64,000 nt of DNA from an uncultured delta proteobacterium (GTDB taxonomy: Bacteria > Desulfobacterota > Binatia > UBA9968), in the NCBI GenBank assembly GCA_963760795.1, contig CAVXEP010000019.1:256001-320000 (forward strand), given 5' to 3'. The notes beneath the pieces are model-generated. The model had not been told where the DNA came from and did no database searches. It worked only from the letters and a program-made list of their open reading frames with translations. The position numbers and the translations under genes are program-made. Shown one piece after another: positions 33,208-44,660 of the stretch; position 1 is the first letter of the stretch, and each line of letters begins with the position of its first letter.

Positions 33208-34338
33208 ATGGCTGAAAGAAAACACGCCCCGTTTCGCGCCGATCATGTCGGCAGTTTGCTCCGTCCCGCCGACTTGTTGCAGGCTCGGGAGCGACGGGAA
33301 CGCAACCAGATTACCGATGCCGAACTGCGCGCAGTCGAGGATCGCTGCATTCGCGATGTTGTGAAGATGCAGGAAGATCTTGGCCTGCAGGCGGTCACCG
33401 ATGGCGAGTACCGGCGCAAGCTATGGAACGTCGACTTCGTCAAAAAATTTGCCGGTGTGGTCGTGAAAGAAGGGCTCGCCGAGGATGCGGACAAATCGTT
33501 TCAAGGCGGCGATGCTAACTTGCAGCGCTCGCCCACCCGCTTTGAAGTCACGGGCAAATTGAGCCGCGTGCGCGAGCATGAGGTCGAGAATTTCAGATTT
33601 ACTCAGTCCGCAACTAAGGTCACCGCAAAGTTGTCGATTCCATCGCCTTCGGTGCTGCATTTCCGCGGCGGCCGCGGCGCCGTGAGCGCCGCGGCATATC
33701 CTGAGATGGGAGATTTTTTCACCGACCTAGCGCGGGTTTACCGCGAAGAGATTCAAGCGCTGGCGGCGGCCGGCTGCACCTATTTGCAGATCGACGATAC
33801 CAACCTGGCTTATCTCTGCGATCCCAAGATGCGCGAAGGTGCCAAAAAAATTGGCGAAGACCCCGACCGCTTGCCTTCGCTCTACGCCAACCTGATCAAC
33901 GAGTGCATCAAAGACCGGCCTGCCCACATGGTGGTGTGCACCCACCTGTGCCGCGGTAACTTCGCCAGCGCGTGGGTGGCCGAAGGCGGCTACGATCCAG
34001 TGGCGGAAGTCCTATTCAACGAGTTGAAGGTCGACGGCTACTTCCTCGAATTCGACTCGCCGCGAGCCGGCAACTTCGCGCCGCTACGCTACCTGCCCAA
34101 AGGCAAGCGTATCATGCTCGGCTTGGTCACGACCAAGACCGGCGCGCTGGAAAACCCCGACGACCTCAAACGGCGCATCGACGAGGCCGCTAAACTCGTT
34201 CCCATCGACCAGCTCGGCATCAGCCCGCAGTGCGGCTTCTCAAGCACGGTGCTGGGCAACAAGCTGACGGTGCAAGATCAGATCGCCAAGTTGAGGCTCA
34301 TCGTGCAGGTCGCAACTGACGTTTGGGGCGCGGTTTAG
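33208..34338 (+). CDS. cobalamin-independent methionine synthase II family (YxjH-like, single domain)
   Basis: RADHVGSLLRP, TDGEYRR, HLCRGN Zn ligands, LEFD, SPQCGF. Confidence 0.92.
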   Translation: MAERKHAPFRADHVGSLLRPADLLQARERRERNQITDAELRAVEDRCIRDVVKMQEDLGLQAVTDGEYRRKLWNVDFVKKFAGVVVKEGLAEDADKSFQGGDANLQRSPTRFEVTGKLSRVREHEVENFRFTQSATKVTAKLSIPSPSVLHFRGGRGAVSAAAYPEMGDFFTDLARVYREEIQALAAAGCTYLQIDDTNLAYLCDPKMREGAKKIGEDPDRLPSLYANLINECIKDRPAHMVVCTHLCRGNFASAWVAEGGYDPVAEVLFNELKVDGYFLEFDSPRAGNFAPLRYLPKGKRIMLGLVTTKTGALENPDDLKRRIDEAAKLVPIDQLGISPQCGFSSTVLGNKLTVQDQIAKLRLIVQVATDVWGAV

Positions 34339-34448
34339 AGGCATGAGCTGTGGCGAAGTTCCTTCAACGTTCAAGGTCAACGTCGGAAACCGGACGTGCA
34401 CGTCAATAATGAAGCCCCGGAAACGGCTTCTTGCCAACATTGTCGATC

Positions 34449-35516
34449 ATGAAATTTCGCGGTGAATTTGCTTTAAAGTTTGCCCTGCAAAGCGCCAGCC
34501 AGCACAGGTTGCCTGATCTGGTTCGGCTGGCGCAGCGAGCGCATGGCGAAGGGTATAAGCAGGTTTGGGTTAACGATAATCTCGGCCAACGCAATGTCTT
34601 GGTTATGCTGACCGCCATTGCGGCGCAGGTGCCGATAAAATTAGGCACGTCGATTCTCGTGCCTTATTTTCGCAATCCTGTCGATGTCGCCGGCAGCCTG
34701 GCAGCGCTCTCGGAATTGACCGATGGGCGTGAACTGAGTGTCGGCATCGCCCGCGGCGAGGCGGCGATTGCCGGCCGGCAGATCGCCATGATCAAACCGC
34801 TGGCGATGGTGCGCGAGACGACGTTGACGCTCAGGGCTTTGCTGGGCGGCGAACCAGTCTCCTTTCGCGACTTCCCGGTATGCGCCGCCTACCACCATAT
34901 TGATCAGGAGCAAGAGTTTCGTTTGGCGTTTGCGCCGGCAGCGCCGATTCGCTTTTACTGCGGCGGCAACGCTCCCAAGATACTCAAAATTGCCGGTGAG
35001 ATCATGGATGGCGTCTTGATCGGCGACCATTACATTCCCTTGGTTCGCAGCGGCCGGCTCGATCATTTGTTGACGATTCAGCGCAGTGCGGCCGCCGAGC
35101 GCCAGCCCGGGAAGAATATGTTTGACGTTTGCGAGCTCGACATCGCTATCGCGCGTGACCGCCAGCGCGCGCTCGAATTCGCCAAACCTTTTGTTGCCAA
35201 TATTCTCCTGGGTCTCGAAGGCGCGGGATACTCGGATGACGAGCTGCGCGTCTTGGGAGTGGAGCCGACGCTCGTCAGTTCGTTGAAACAAGCGCGCGCC
35301 GCTGGCGCGACGGTTCAAGCGGTCGCGGCGCTCATTCCCGATCAAGCGGTGCAGCGTTGCTATGTGGCGGGCGGTCCGGAGGAGTGCCGCGACCAATTGG
35401 CGCCGTTGCTCGCTGAGGCAGAGCGATTGAAGTTCGGCCAGGTCGCGTTTGCCAAACTGGGCCCTGACTGGAATGAAGCGATGCCACTGCTGCGGCGGCA
35501 ACTGGATCATCTCTAA
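34449..35516 (+). CDS. LLM-class (luciferase-like/Mer-like) flavin- or F420-dependent oxidoreductase
   Basis: VWVND, LGTSILVPYFRNP, GRELSVGIARG, PKILKIAGEIMDG. Confidence 0.85.
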   Translation: MKFRGEFALKFALQSASQHRLPDLVRLAQRAHGEGYKQVWVNDNLGQRNVLVMLTAIAAQVPIKLGTSILVPYFRNPVDVAGSLAALSELTDGRELSVGIARGEAAIAGRQIAMIKPLAMVRETTLTLRALLGGEPVSFRDFPVCAAYHHIDQEQEFRLAFAPAAPIRFYCGGNAPKILKIAGEIMDGVLIGDHYIPLVRSGRLDHLLTIQRSAAAERQPGKNMFDVCELDIAIARDRQRALEFAKPFVANILLGLEGAGYSDDELRVLGVEPTLVSSLKQARAAGATVQAVAALIPDQAVQRCYVAGGPEECRDQLAPLLAEAERLKFGQVAFAKLGPDWNEAMPLLRRQLDHL

Positions 35517-35521
35517 CGAGC

Positions 35522-38500
35522 ATGAGCGATCTTACAGCACGACGCGGACTGCGCTCGCCCCAAACCTTTGTCGAGTTTGCCGCTGCCGAACTCGACCAAT
35601 CGATACACCAGCGCTTCGAGCGCCAAGTGCAGAAATACGGCGATGGCTGTGCGGTGCGCCTGCCATCCGGTGATGTCAGCTATGCGGCATTGAACGCTGC
35701 CGCCAATCGCGCCGCACGGCTGCTGCTCGCGACCGCGGAAAATGTTTCCGGCCCAGTAGCCTTGATGATGGATCAGGGCTACCAGGCCATTGTCTGGACG
35801 CTGGCGATTCTCAAAGCGGGCCTTTGCTACGCGCCGATGGACCAGCGTCTGCCCGACGCGGTGCTGAACGGCATAATCAAAGACTTGGCCCCAGGAATGT
35901 TAGTTGCCGATGGTAGGTATCTCGACCTAGCTCGAGGCCTGGCTGGAAGTGATTTCCCTGTCATCCAGGCGAATGCGGTTCGTGATGGCTTCTCTGGTGA
36001 AAATGTCGATCGACTGGTTTCACCCGATACGCTCGCCTATGTTTTCTACACGTCGGGTCCACCGGCGCGCCCAAGGGCGTCGCGGATTGTCATCGTAACG
36101 TCCTGCATAATGTTTTGCGTTATACCAATAGCCTTAAGTTCGCGCCTGGCGACGTCTTGAGTCTGGTGCAGAACCCGAGCTTCAGCGGCACGGTTTCCAG
36201 TCTGTTTGGCGCGTTGCTCAATGGCGCCGCGGTTGCGCCATTCGATCTGCAAGGTGAGGGTTTGCCGGCAATCTCGCAATGGCTGCAGCGAGCACGGGTC
36301 ACCGTGTTTCATGCCGTGCCATCGATCTTTCGCCAACTGTCGGATCCGCTAAACCGGTTTCCCGCTGTGCGGCTGATTCGACTCGAGGGTGATCGCGCGG
36401 CACCGCTGGATATCGAACATTTTCAGGCGAACTTCCAAGATAGTTGCACATTGATCAACGGTCTCGGCGCCACCGAGTGTGGCCTGGTGCGCCAGTTCTT
36501 CGTCGATAAAAAGACCACTCTCGGCGAAAACGAATCGGTGCCTGTCGGTTACCCGGTTACGGATATGACGGTGCGGGTGGTCGATGATCGGGGACATGAG
36601 CTGCCGCTCGGTGCCGCCGGTGAGATTGTCGTCGAGAGCCGCTTTTTGGCGAATGGTTACTGGCGCAACGGCGCTTTGACTGCGCAACGCTTCATTGAAT
36701 TAGATAATGGCTTGCGCCGTTATCGCACCGGCGATCTCGGCCGCATGAGCGAAGGGGGTTGTCTATTTCATTTGGGACGGGTGGATCAGCGTCTCCGCAT
36801 CGGCGGCGAGTTCGTTGCTCCGGCAGATGTTGAAAGAATCTTGCTCAGCGTTGCGGGAGTGCAGCAGGCCGCCGTCCGTGATTTCTCGGATCAGCTTGGC
36901 GAGCGCAGGCTGTGCGCTTACCTCGTGGCTGACCCGGCCGTGAGCGCCGGGGTGATTCGCGCAGAGTTGTCAGACCGCATCGCTATCTCACATTTGCCCA
37001 GCGCCTTTGTCTTTCTCGATGAGCTGCCGGTCACCAAGGATCTCAAGGTCGATTACTCGAGCTTACCGCCGCCGGGACGAAACCGTCCTCGGCTCGCCAA
37101 CGGCTACGTTGCGCCGAGCAATGAGACCGAGCAACAGATGGCGCGTGTCTGGTCGGTGGTCTTGGAGCTCGATGAGGTGGGCGTGACCGATTCCTTCTTC
37201 GATTTAGGCGGCGATTCCATCCGTGCCGCGCGCTTCGTGACCCTGTTCAAGGAGCAGCAAGGCTTAGCGATACCGGTGACGAGCGTTTACGAGCATCTGA
37301 CGATCCGCGCGCTGGTGCACGGGTTAGACGACGATCGGCCTGCTGCGCCAGAAACCGTTGCCGGCGCAAACCAAGAGAATCATGCGCTTCCCGCTCATAG
37401 CATCGCAATTATTGGCATGGCCGGGCGATTTCCCGGAGCCGATTCAATTGAACAGTTTTGGCATAATCTGCGCGCGGGCGTCGAGAGCCTGACAGTGTTG
37501 CCCCGCGAGTCTTCTGAACCAAGCCCCGCAGCTGTTCCAGACGCGGTGGCCGCCCGTGGATTGCTTGCCAATGTCGATCAGTTCGATGCCGCGCTTTTTC
37601 GCCTGACGCCGCGCCAAGCGCAGATGCTCGATCCGCAGCAACGTTTGTGGCTGGAGTGCGTTCATCGTGCGCTCGAAGACGCCGGACTGCCGGTCAGCGA
37701 GGCCGGATACGCCGGCGCTAACGCCAACATCGGTGTGTTTGCCGGTGGCAATGCAAGCACCTATCTTTGGCATCTGCTCGGCGGCAGCCGTGATGCCGTC
37801 GATGCGCTGCTGCAGCGAACCGGCGAGGAAGCCCATCAGTTGGCGATCAGCAACGATAGCGATTCGCTGGCGACGCGCACCTCCTTCGTGATGGGTTTCA
37901 CCGGGCCGAGTATCAACGTTCAGACTGCCTGTTCGACATCGTTAGTCGCAGTCGCCCAGGCCTGCCAGGCACTGAGCAGCAGACAGTGCGACATTGCCAT
38001 CGCCGGCGGTGTTGCCGTGAGGTTTCCGCAAACGGACAACGCTTCGCGCCAAGTGGGCGGGATCTATTCCCAAGACGGCCATTGCCGCGCCTTCGATGCC
38101 AGAGCGACGGGAACCGTATTCAGCGATGGTGTCGGCGTCGTCGTGTTGAAAAGGCTGGGCGATGCCGAGCGCGATGGCGACCGTGTCGATGCGCTGATTC
38201 GCGGCTGGGCGGTCAACAACGACGGTTCGAACAAAGCCAGCTTTGCCGCGCCCAGTGTCAACGGCCAGGCGGCGGTTATCGCGCGCGCCCAAGCTCACGC
38301 CAACGTGCGGCCGCGCGATGTCAGCTACGTCGAAGCGCACGGTACCGGCACTCCGGTGGGCGACCCGATTGAATTTGCCGCGCTCGCTCGCGCGTTTCGG
38401 CGCGGCGCCGGCGAGCGGTGGGTTTGCGCCATGGGTTCGGTGAAAACCAATATCGGCCACCTCGATGCCGCGGCGGGCATTGCCGGATTGATCAAAACTG

Positions 38501-41340
38501 TACTGGCGCTAAAGCACCGTGAGATTCCCGCGACGTTGCACTTCGAAAAAGCCAATCCGGAAATCGATCTGGATGCAAGTCCATTCTATATCGTTGACCG
38601 GTTGATACCGTGGCCACGGATGGGGACCGTCGGATCGCGGGCGTTTCTTCGTTCGGTATTGGCGGCACCAACTGTCATTTGGTTTTGCAAGACGCTGCGT
38701 TGGCCGCACCGCTTGCGGTTCAGACCGCGTTGCCTGCTCATCTGCTGACTTTCTCCGCTGCGTCCGCGGCCGCGTTGGATGAATTGGCCGGCAGTTACCG
38801 CCAATTTCTTGCCGAGAACCCCATGGCGGATCTGGCCGGTATCGCCGCGGCAAGTCAGAAAAGCCGATCCCATTATTCCCATCGCGCGGCGATTGTCGGT
38901 ACGTCGGTGCAGCAGTTGCGCGCGAGTTTATCGCAGGACCGAGGAGCGGGCGGAGTTGACTGGCATTGGCGCGGCAAAGCCGTGACTTCCGCCAACCCCG
39001 AGATCGGCTTTCTATTTGCCGGGCAGGGCACGCAATACGTCAATATGGGCCGAGAGATTTATCAGGCGAGCGGCGATTTTCGCAGGGTGCTCGAGCGCTG
39101 CGATAATATTTTGCGCGATCAACTGGAGCGGCCGCTGCTCGACGTCATGTTCGGTGCTTCCGGCGAACTGATTCACCGCACCGACTATGCCCAGCCGGCT
39201 CTCTTTGCGCTTGAATTCGCTTTGGCTGAACTGCTGCAATCGTGGGGCATCAAACCAAAGTTCGTCATGGGTCATAGCCTTGGCGAGTATGTCGCCGCCT
39301 GTGTCGCGGGAGTGTTCACGCTTGAGGACGGGCTGCGGTTGGCCGCCGCGCGCGGCCGGTTGATGCAGCAGCTGCCCGGTGCCGGCAAGATGCTGGCGGT
39401 CACCGCCGAGCAAACGACTCTCGATGCGCTGTTGCACAGGTTCCCGGCAGTAGCGATCGCGGCGATCAACTCGCCCAGTCAAACGGTGCTTTCCGGCGCG
39501 GCTGACGCCATCGACCGGTTGCAAGCGATGTTGCAAGCGCAAGGAACCTATTGCCGTGAACTGAATGTGTCCCATGGGTTTCATTCCGCGCAGATGGATC
39601 CGGTTTTGGCGCCGCTGCGGCAGTTAATCAGCACGACCGAGTTGCAGGCGCCGAGCCTGTGTCTGATCGGCAACTTGCATGGTCGCGCGGTCACAACCGA
39701 AGTCACCGATCCGGAATATTGGTGTCAACAGGCGCGTCAACCGGTGCAATTTGCCGCGGGATTTTGCACCATGGTGCAAGCAGGCTGCGATCTGTTTGTG
39801 GAAATTGGCCCCGATGCTGATCTTCTCCGCGCTGACCCAGGAATCCTCTGCGCAGCAAAAGCTGGATGTCGTGCCAACCCTGCGCCGGGGTGATAACGAT
39901 TGGGCGGCGTTGTTGGCAACCATAGGGCGCTTATATGTCCGCGGCGTGCAGGTGGATTGGCCGGCGTTGCAAAAGGGACAAAGCTTTCGCTCGGTATCTT
40001 TGCCGAGCTATCCGTATCAGCGTTCGCGCTATTGGTATGACGGTGCGCTGCTCAACGCCCAACATCGTGTCGCGACCGCGCCGAATCATTCGGCCGGTCA
40101 TCCTCTGCTCGGCCGGCGTTTACGCTTGCCCGGCGCGACTGAGATCCGTTTCGAATCTCGGTTCAGCCAGAGCGCGCCGCAGTTCCTTAACGATCACCGC
40201 CTTTTCGGCATCTCTTTGCCTCCGGCTGCATGCCATTTTGCCATGCTGGCCCAGGCGGCGGAATTTCTCGGCGGCACTCAAGGTGATTGCTATCGCTTTG
40301 AGGATCTTTATCTGTTGCGTCCTTTGTTATTGCCGGACGGATGCGAGCGCGATGTCCAGTTGATTTTCAAGCCGGACGCGCAGGGCTGGAGTCTGGAGCT
40401 GACGAGCGCCGGGGTTAACGAAGCGGCAATGGGCAGTGAACCCTGGACAGCGCACATGATTGGCTTGGGCCGGGCGCATGTGCCGGAGAAGACGACTCCT
40501 GCGCTGCCGACAATAGATTTGAGCGCCATCAAAGCGCGCTGCGCGGAGACGCTTTCGCGCAGCGAGTTCTATTCAAGAATCTGGGCCAATCAGGGCGGAA
40601 CCGGGTCGGCATTTCGCTGGATCGAAACGATCTGGCAGGGCGATCAGGAAGCGCTATGCCGGGCGGTCTGTCCCGCCACGATCCTTGACGCCGCGAGTTA
40701 TCGGTTGCACCCAGGTCTGATCGAAGCCGCTTGCCAGGTGCTGCACTGTTGCGCCACCATCGAGACCGAGGAGCAGCTGCGACAAAACTCGACAACCTTT
40801 GTGCCGTTTTCCCTGGATGTGCTGTCGCTGTACGACGTCAAAGCGACCTACGAGCAGGCGTGGTGCTACGCGCAACTTCGCGAGCATAGCGAAAACAATG
40901 TGCTTGCCGATTTGTCGATTATGAATAATTCCGGAGAACTGGTCGCCCAATTGGAGGGTTTTCGTCTGCGGCCGATCACCCAGCAGGGATTGGAAGCTTC
41001 GCGGCAACGAGTCACCACCCATGCCGATGGCAAATTGATATCCGGTTCGCTTCCCGGACCCATGGATGGCATCGACAAAGCGGCGCTGACCCTGCAACAA
41101 GTTGTGCGCTATCTGCAAGCGCAGTGTGCGGAACTCTCAGGCTATCCCGAATCGGCGATTTTCAGTGATCGAGGTTTCATGGCGATGGGGCTGGACTCCC
41201 TGGTTGCGATGATTCTATCCAACCGTATCCGTCAAGACTTCGGCTGCGCGGTTTCCGCCACGCAGATTTTGCTGTCCGTGAGTATCGAATCACTCGCTCA
41301 AGTCATCTGTGAAAGTGTCTCTGACACGGGTTTCTTATAG
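35522..41340 (+). CDS. hybrid NRPS/PKS, A-T-KS-AT-DH-ACP; three frameshifts (~36060, ~38625, ~39825)
   Basis: A: YTSG..PKGV, YRTGDLG; T: FFDLGGDSI; KS: DPQQR, TACSTS, EAHGTGT, KTNIGH; AT: GQGTQ, GHSLG, HGFHS; DH: HPLLG, DHRLFGISLPP; ACP: GLDSL. Confidence 0.9.
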
Positions 41341-41681
41341 TTCAAATGCCCCACTGAGTGCTCAAATGGCTGTGTGGGTTGCAACCAACGCGCAAGACAG
41401 AGCATCTAAGGATTCGGCGCGCCAGGAGGAACTTACCGAAGAGATCCATCGCACGACCTTTGAAGATCGTCCCGACCGGGTGCGGACCAATCTCCATTTG
41501 GTCTTCTCCGATTTCGGTTCGGTGCGGCAGTTGCAAGTGGAGCGGGACGTCCGGGCGGAATTGGTCCTGCGCCGGCTCGAAAGGACGGTACGAGTATTTC
41601 GCGGCGAGCTCTAGGCGGTGCAGGACTTACTCTACCGTTGGGACGTACACGGTGACATATTCAGGTGCAGCGCTGAAGCTG

Positions 41682-42710
41682 CTAAAAACTACAGCGCCCG
41701 TCTTTTTCCACTTCCGGAACTAAGGCGGCATCGACGAGATCTTGCGGTTTCATGGTTGCCGCCGAGGGGATCAGCGCTGCGGTCATTTGAATGGCGAGAT
41801 CGACGCCTTCGGGTTTCAGATAGGGCTTCGCCGGAATCACGTCGGTGATGTAAAGCTGGTAAAGATACTCGATCCCCGCCGCGTCCATGTTCCTGCCGGT
41901 CTTGGCGACGAATTCCTTGGCTTTGACCTGATCTTTTCGCGCCAGGGCGATGCCTTCGCAAATTCCGCTCATGAATTTCTTCGCGTCTTCCCGGCGATTT
42001 TTTAAAAGCACTGCCGAAATCGCATAGTCGGCGCCGCCACCGGCGTAAATCTTTAGCTGGCGATGATCGGTGAGCCGATTAAGTTTTTTGATTTGTCCGG
42101 TCTTTTCCAGGTCGTACATGGTTTCCGCGGTGATCATCATCGCGGCGACCGCTCCGGTGAGTAGGCTTTTCACCCGGTCCGTGTTCCTGCCTTCGTCGAA
42201 CGGAATTAACGTCACATCTTTGTCCGGATCGATGCCGAGCTTGCGCAGCGCTAGGCGCGTGAGCTGATCCGGCGTGCTGCCGGGCTCGCCGGTGCCGATT
42301 TTTTTGCCTTTGAGATCGGCGGCACTCTTGATCGCCGCCTCGGCGAAAAATGCTGAATAGTTGAAGCCGGTGTTGCCTACCAGCCGCATCGCTGGGCCGC
42401 CGGAGGCGTTGTTGTGCCCGATGTGGTTGGCGCTGGCGACGGCGATGTCCGCCTCGCCGTTTTTCATGGCGGCGAGCAGCTTGTCGTTGGAACCGGGATT
42501 GGTCCAGGTGATTTTCAAACCGTTGCGCTCGAAGATGCCGGCGTCGCGGGCCATGTACATCGGCAGTTTGCTGATGTTCCAGGGTGGGTAAAACAACACG
42601 CGGAGGGTGTCGGATTGGGCGGCGGCGTGGGAGCAGAATGAGAGTAGGTAGAGAATTGCAACTATCTGGCCAGCGTGCGCGTACCCACCGCCGCCCTTGT
42701 CCTCCCCCAT
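41682..42710 (-). CDS. NMT1/SsuA-like ABC substrate-binding protein
   Basis: GIFERNGL, DLKGKKIG, GIDPDKDV, PYLKPEG; start uncertain because it falls inside a repeat. Confidence 0.85.
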   Translation of the reverse strand: MGEDKGGGGYAHAGQIVAILYLLSFCSHAAAQSDTLRVLFYPPWNISKLPMYMARDAGIFERNGLKITWTNPGSNDKLLAAMKNGEADIAVASANHIGHNNASGGPAMRLVGNTGFNYSAFFAEAAIKSAADLKGKKIGTGEPGSTPDQLTRLALRKLGIDPDKDVTLIPFDEGRNTDRVKSLLTGAVAAMMITAETMYDLEKTGQIKKLNRLTDHRQLKIYAGGGADYAISAVLLKNRREDAKKFMSGICEGIALARKDQVKAKEFVAKTGRNMDAAGIEYLYQLYITDVIPAKPYLKPEGVDLAIQMTAALIPSAATMKPQDLVDAALVPEVEKDGRCSF

Positions 42711-42859
42711 CGGGAGCCTGTGTCACAGTTGGCAAAAGTCCTATTGCTGTCATCCTGAGTGCAGCGAAGGATCTCGTCTTCTCTGCCACTCATGAAGACG
42801 AGATTCCTCGGCTTCGCCTCGGAATGACAATTACGAAACAGCCTCCGACGGGGAAAGGA
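42699..42859. repeat. nested palindromic REP-like element with TGTCATCCTGAG...GAATGACA core
   Basis: Outer arms tcctcccccatcgg/ccgacggggaaagga, middle gagcctgtgtc/gaaacagcctc, inner tgtcatcctgag..cgaagga/tcctcgg..ctcggaatgaca; partial copies at ~2550, ~10957, ~28465, ~28637. Confidence 0.75.
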
Positions 42860-42918
42860 CGAATTCGGGCCGGTGTCGAATTGCTTATCCAAATTCCGAT
42901 TTGCCATTGTTGCGAGTC

Positions 42919-44638
42919 CTAATGTTTGAACGACACGATGAAATACGCCGTCGCGGAGCGCGACGCCGAGTCGCCTTGACCGACGACGATGACCGGATAG
43001 GTGCCGATGTCCTTGGTCATCTGTGCCGGCACGATGGCTTCGAGTTCGCTAGTGCCGATAAATCGGGTTTCCAGCTCCTTGCCGTTCAACATGACCTTGT
43101 GGAATTTGTCGAAGCCGCGCGGTGTGCTGATTTTCAAGGTTCCGGCTGTCCCCTGTGCCAGCGAGCGCGGCGCGATGTCAATCTCCTGCGGTGTCGAGCG
43201 CCAGGCACGAATCGCTGGAATCGGATTTTTGTAATTGGCGTGGAAGTCGCGGTCGACGACTTTTCCACCCTGCACCACCAGCTTGACGTTTTGCACGGCC
43301 CAGATGTCTTGCAGCGGATCGCCGTCGATGACGACGATGTCGGCGACTTTGCCGGCCTCGACCGTGCCGTAGTCTTTGTCCTTGCGGAACGCTTTGGCGC
43401 TGTTGATCGTGCCGGCCTGGATCGCTTGCATCGGCGTGATGCCGGCTTCGACGAACATCACCAGTTCCTGGTGCAGCCCGAGGCCAGGCAGGCCATTGTT
43501 CGGGTCGGAGCCGGCGCGCAGTAGTCCGCCGGCTTTGACATAGCGGCGCATCAAATCTTCGAGCTTCTTATAACCTTCGCGGGCATTGTTGAGCCGCTCG
43601 GGGGCGAATTTCGCGTAGCGTTCGTACTGGCCAAGCGCCTGCTCGCGCAACACGCGCGGCAGGTAGCCGGCATTTTTCTGATCGAGAATCGACAGCTCGC
43701 GCTCTTTGAATCTTGCCACGCTCGGCGACAGCGGGCGATACCAAGTGGCGATGGTCGGACTCCAGGTGATGTTTTTGTCCACCGCGGCTTTGACGACCTT
43801 GTCGAAGTTCTCCGGTTCATAGAAATAGGCGAGGTCGGCGGTGTTGATCTTGCCGGTCATGCGCCGCTCGTGCACGTCCCAGCGCTTCTTCAAATCGCCG
43901 ATGGTGGTCATGCCCATGCCCCAATGATGTTCGACGCCGGCGAAATTATTTTCCGCGGCGAGAAACACATCGAGGCAGTGGCAAGTGATCGGCAAGCCGA
44001 GTTTTTCGGCTTCCTCGGCGCCGGCTTTGATCACTTCCGGCGCGACGTACTCGTTGAACTTGATGATGTCGATGCCGGCGGCTTTTTTCTTGCGCACGAC
44101 TTCGCGCGCTTCTTCCGGAGTCTTGACCAAATAGCCGCGCTCGCCGCGTAGCGCCCAGGCGGGCGGCGGCGCCGACCAGACCGGCCGCCGGTGGACCAGA
44201 TGCGCGGGCCGCGGATCTTGCCGAGGTCGGTGCCGTGCTTTTGCGCCAGGGTCCATTCGTCGTCGTTCTGGGTGATGTCGGGGCAAGTGGTGACGCCGAG
44301 ATGGAGATAAATCTCGCCGACGAAGTCGAGCAAGTGGCAGTGGCCGTCGATGAACCCGGGCAGAATGGTTTTGCCTTTGACGTCGATCGATGCGGGCGCC
44401 GCGCGGAGATCGTCACTTCGCCGCGCTTGCCGACCGCTTTGATGCGTTCGCCTTCGATGACGATGACCGCGTCTTCGACCGGCGGCCTGTCCGGTGGCGT
44501 CGATCAGCGTGCCGCCTTGAATCACCAGCGGCGTGATTTGGGGTTGAGCCGCTGAGATTCGATACTTGCCGGCGCCAGCGCGCTGGCAACGAATAGTCCA
44601 CCCGCCAGGATGATTCTCGTAAATCCGCTGACGTTCAT
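42919..44638 (-). CDS. secreted amidohydrolase-family protein with C-terminal Ig-like (IPT-like) domain; several frameshifts at 44170-44530
   Basis: IQGGTLID.TG, ILPGFIDGHCH, GPRIW, AGSDP, GTVEAGKVADIV...GDPLQDI; signal-like N-terminus. Confidence 0.85.
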
Positions 44639-44660
44639 GCGCTTTAGTCCTCCCGCAAGC

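Noticed and set aside
35522-41340. Four separate NRPS/PKS genes or programmed frameshifting
   Set aside because: Breaks fall inside domains (A3 motif, KS end, AT end) without slippery sites and match the window-wide indel pattern
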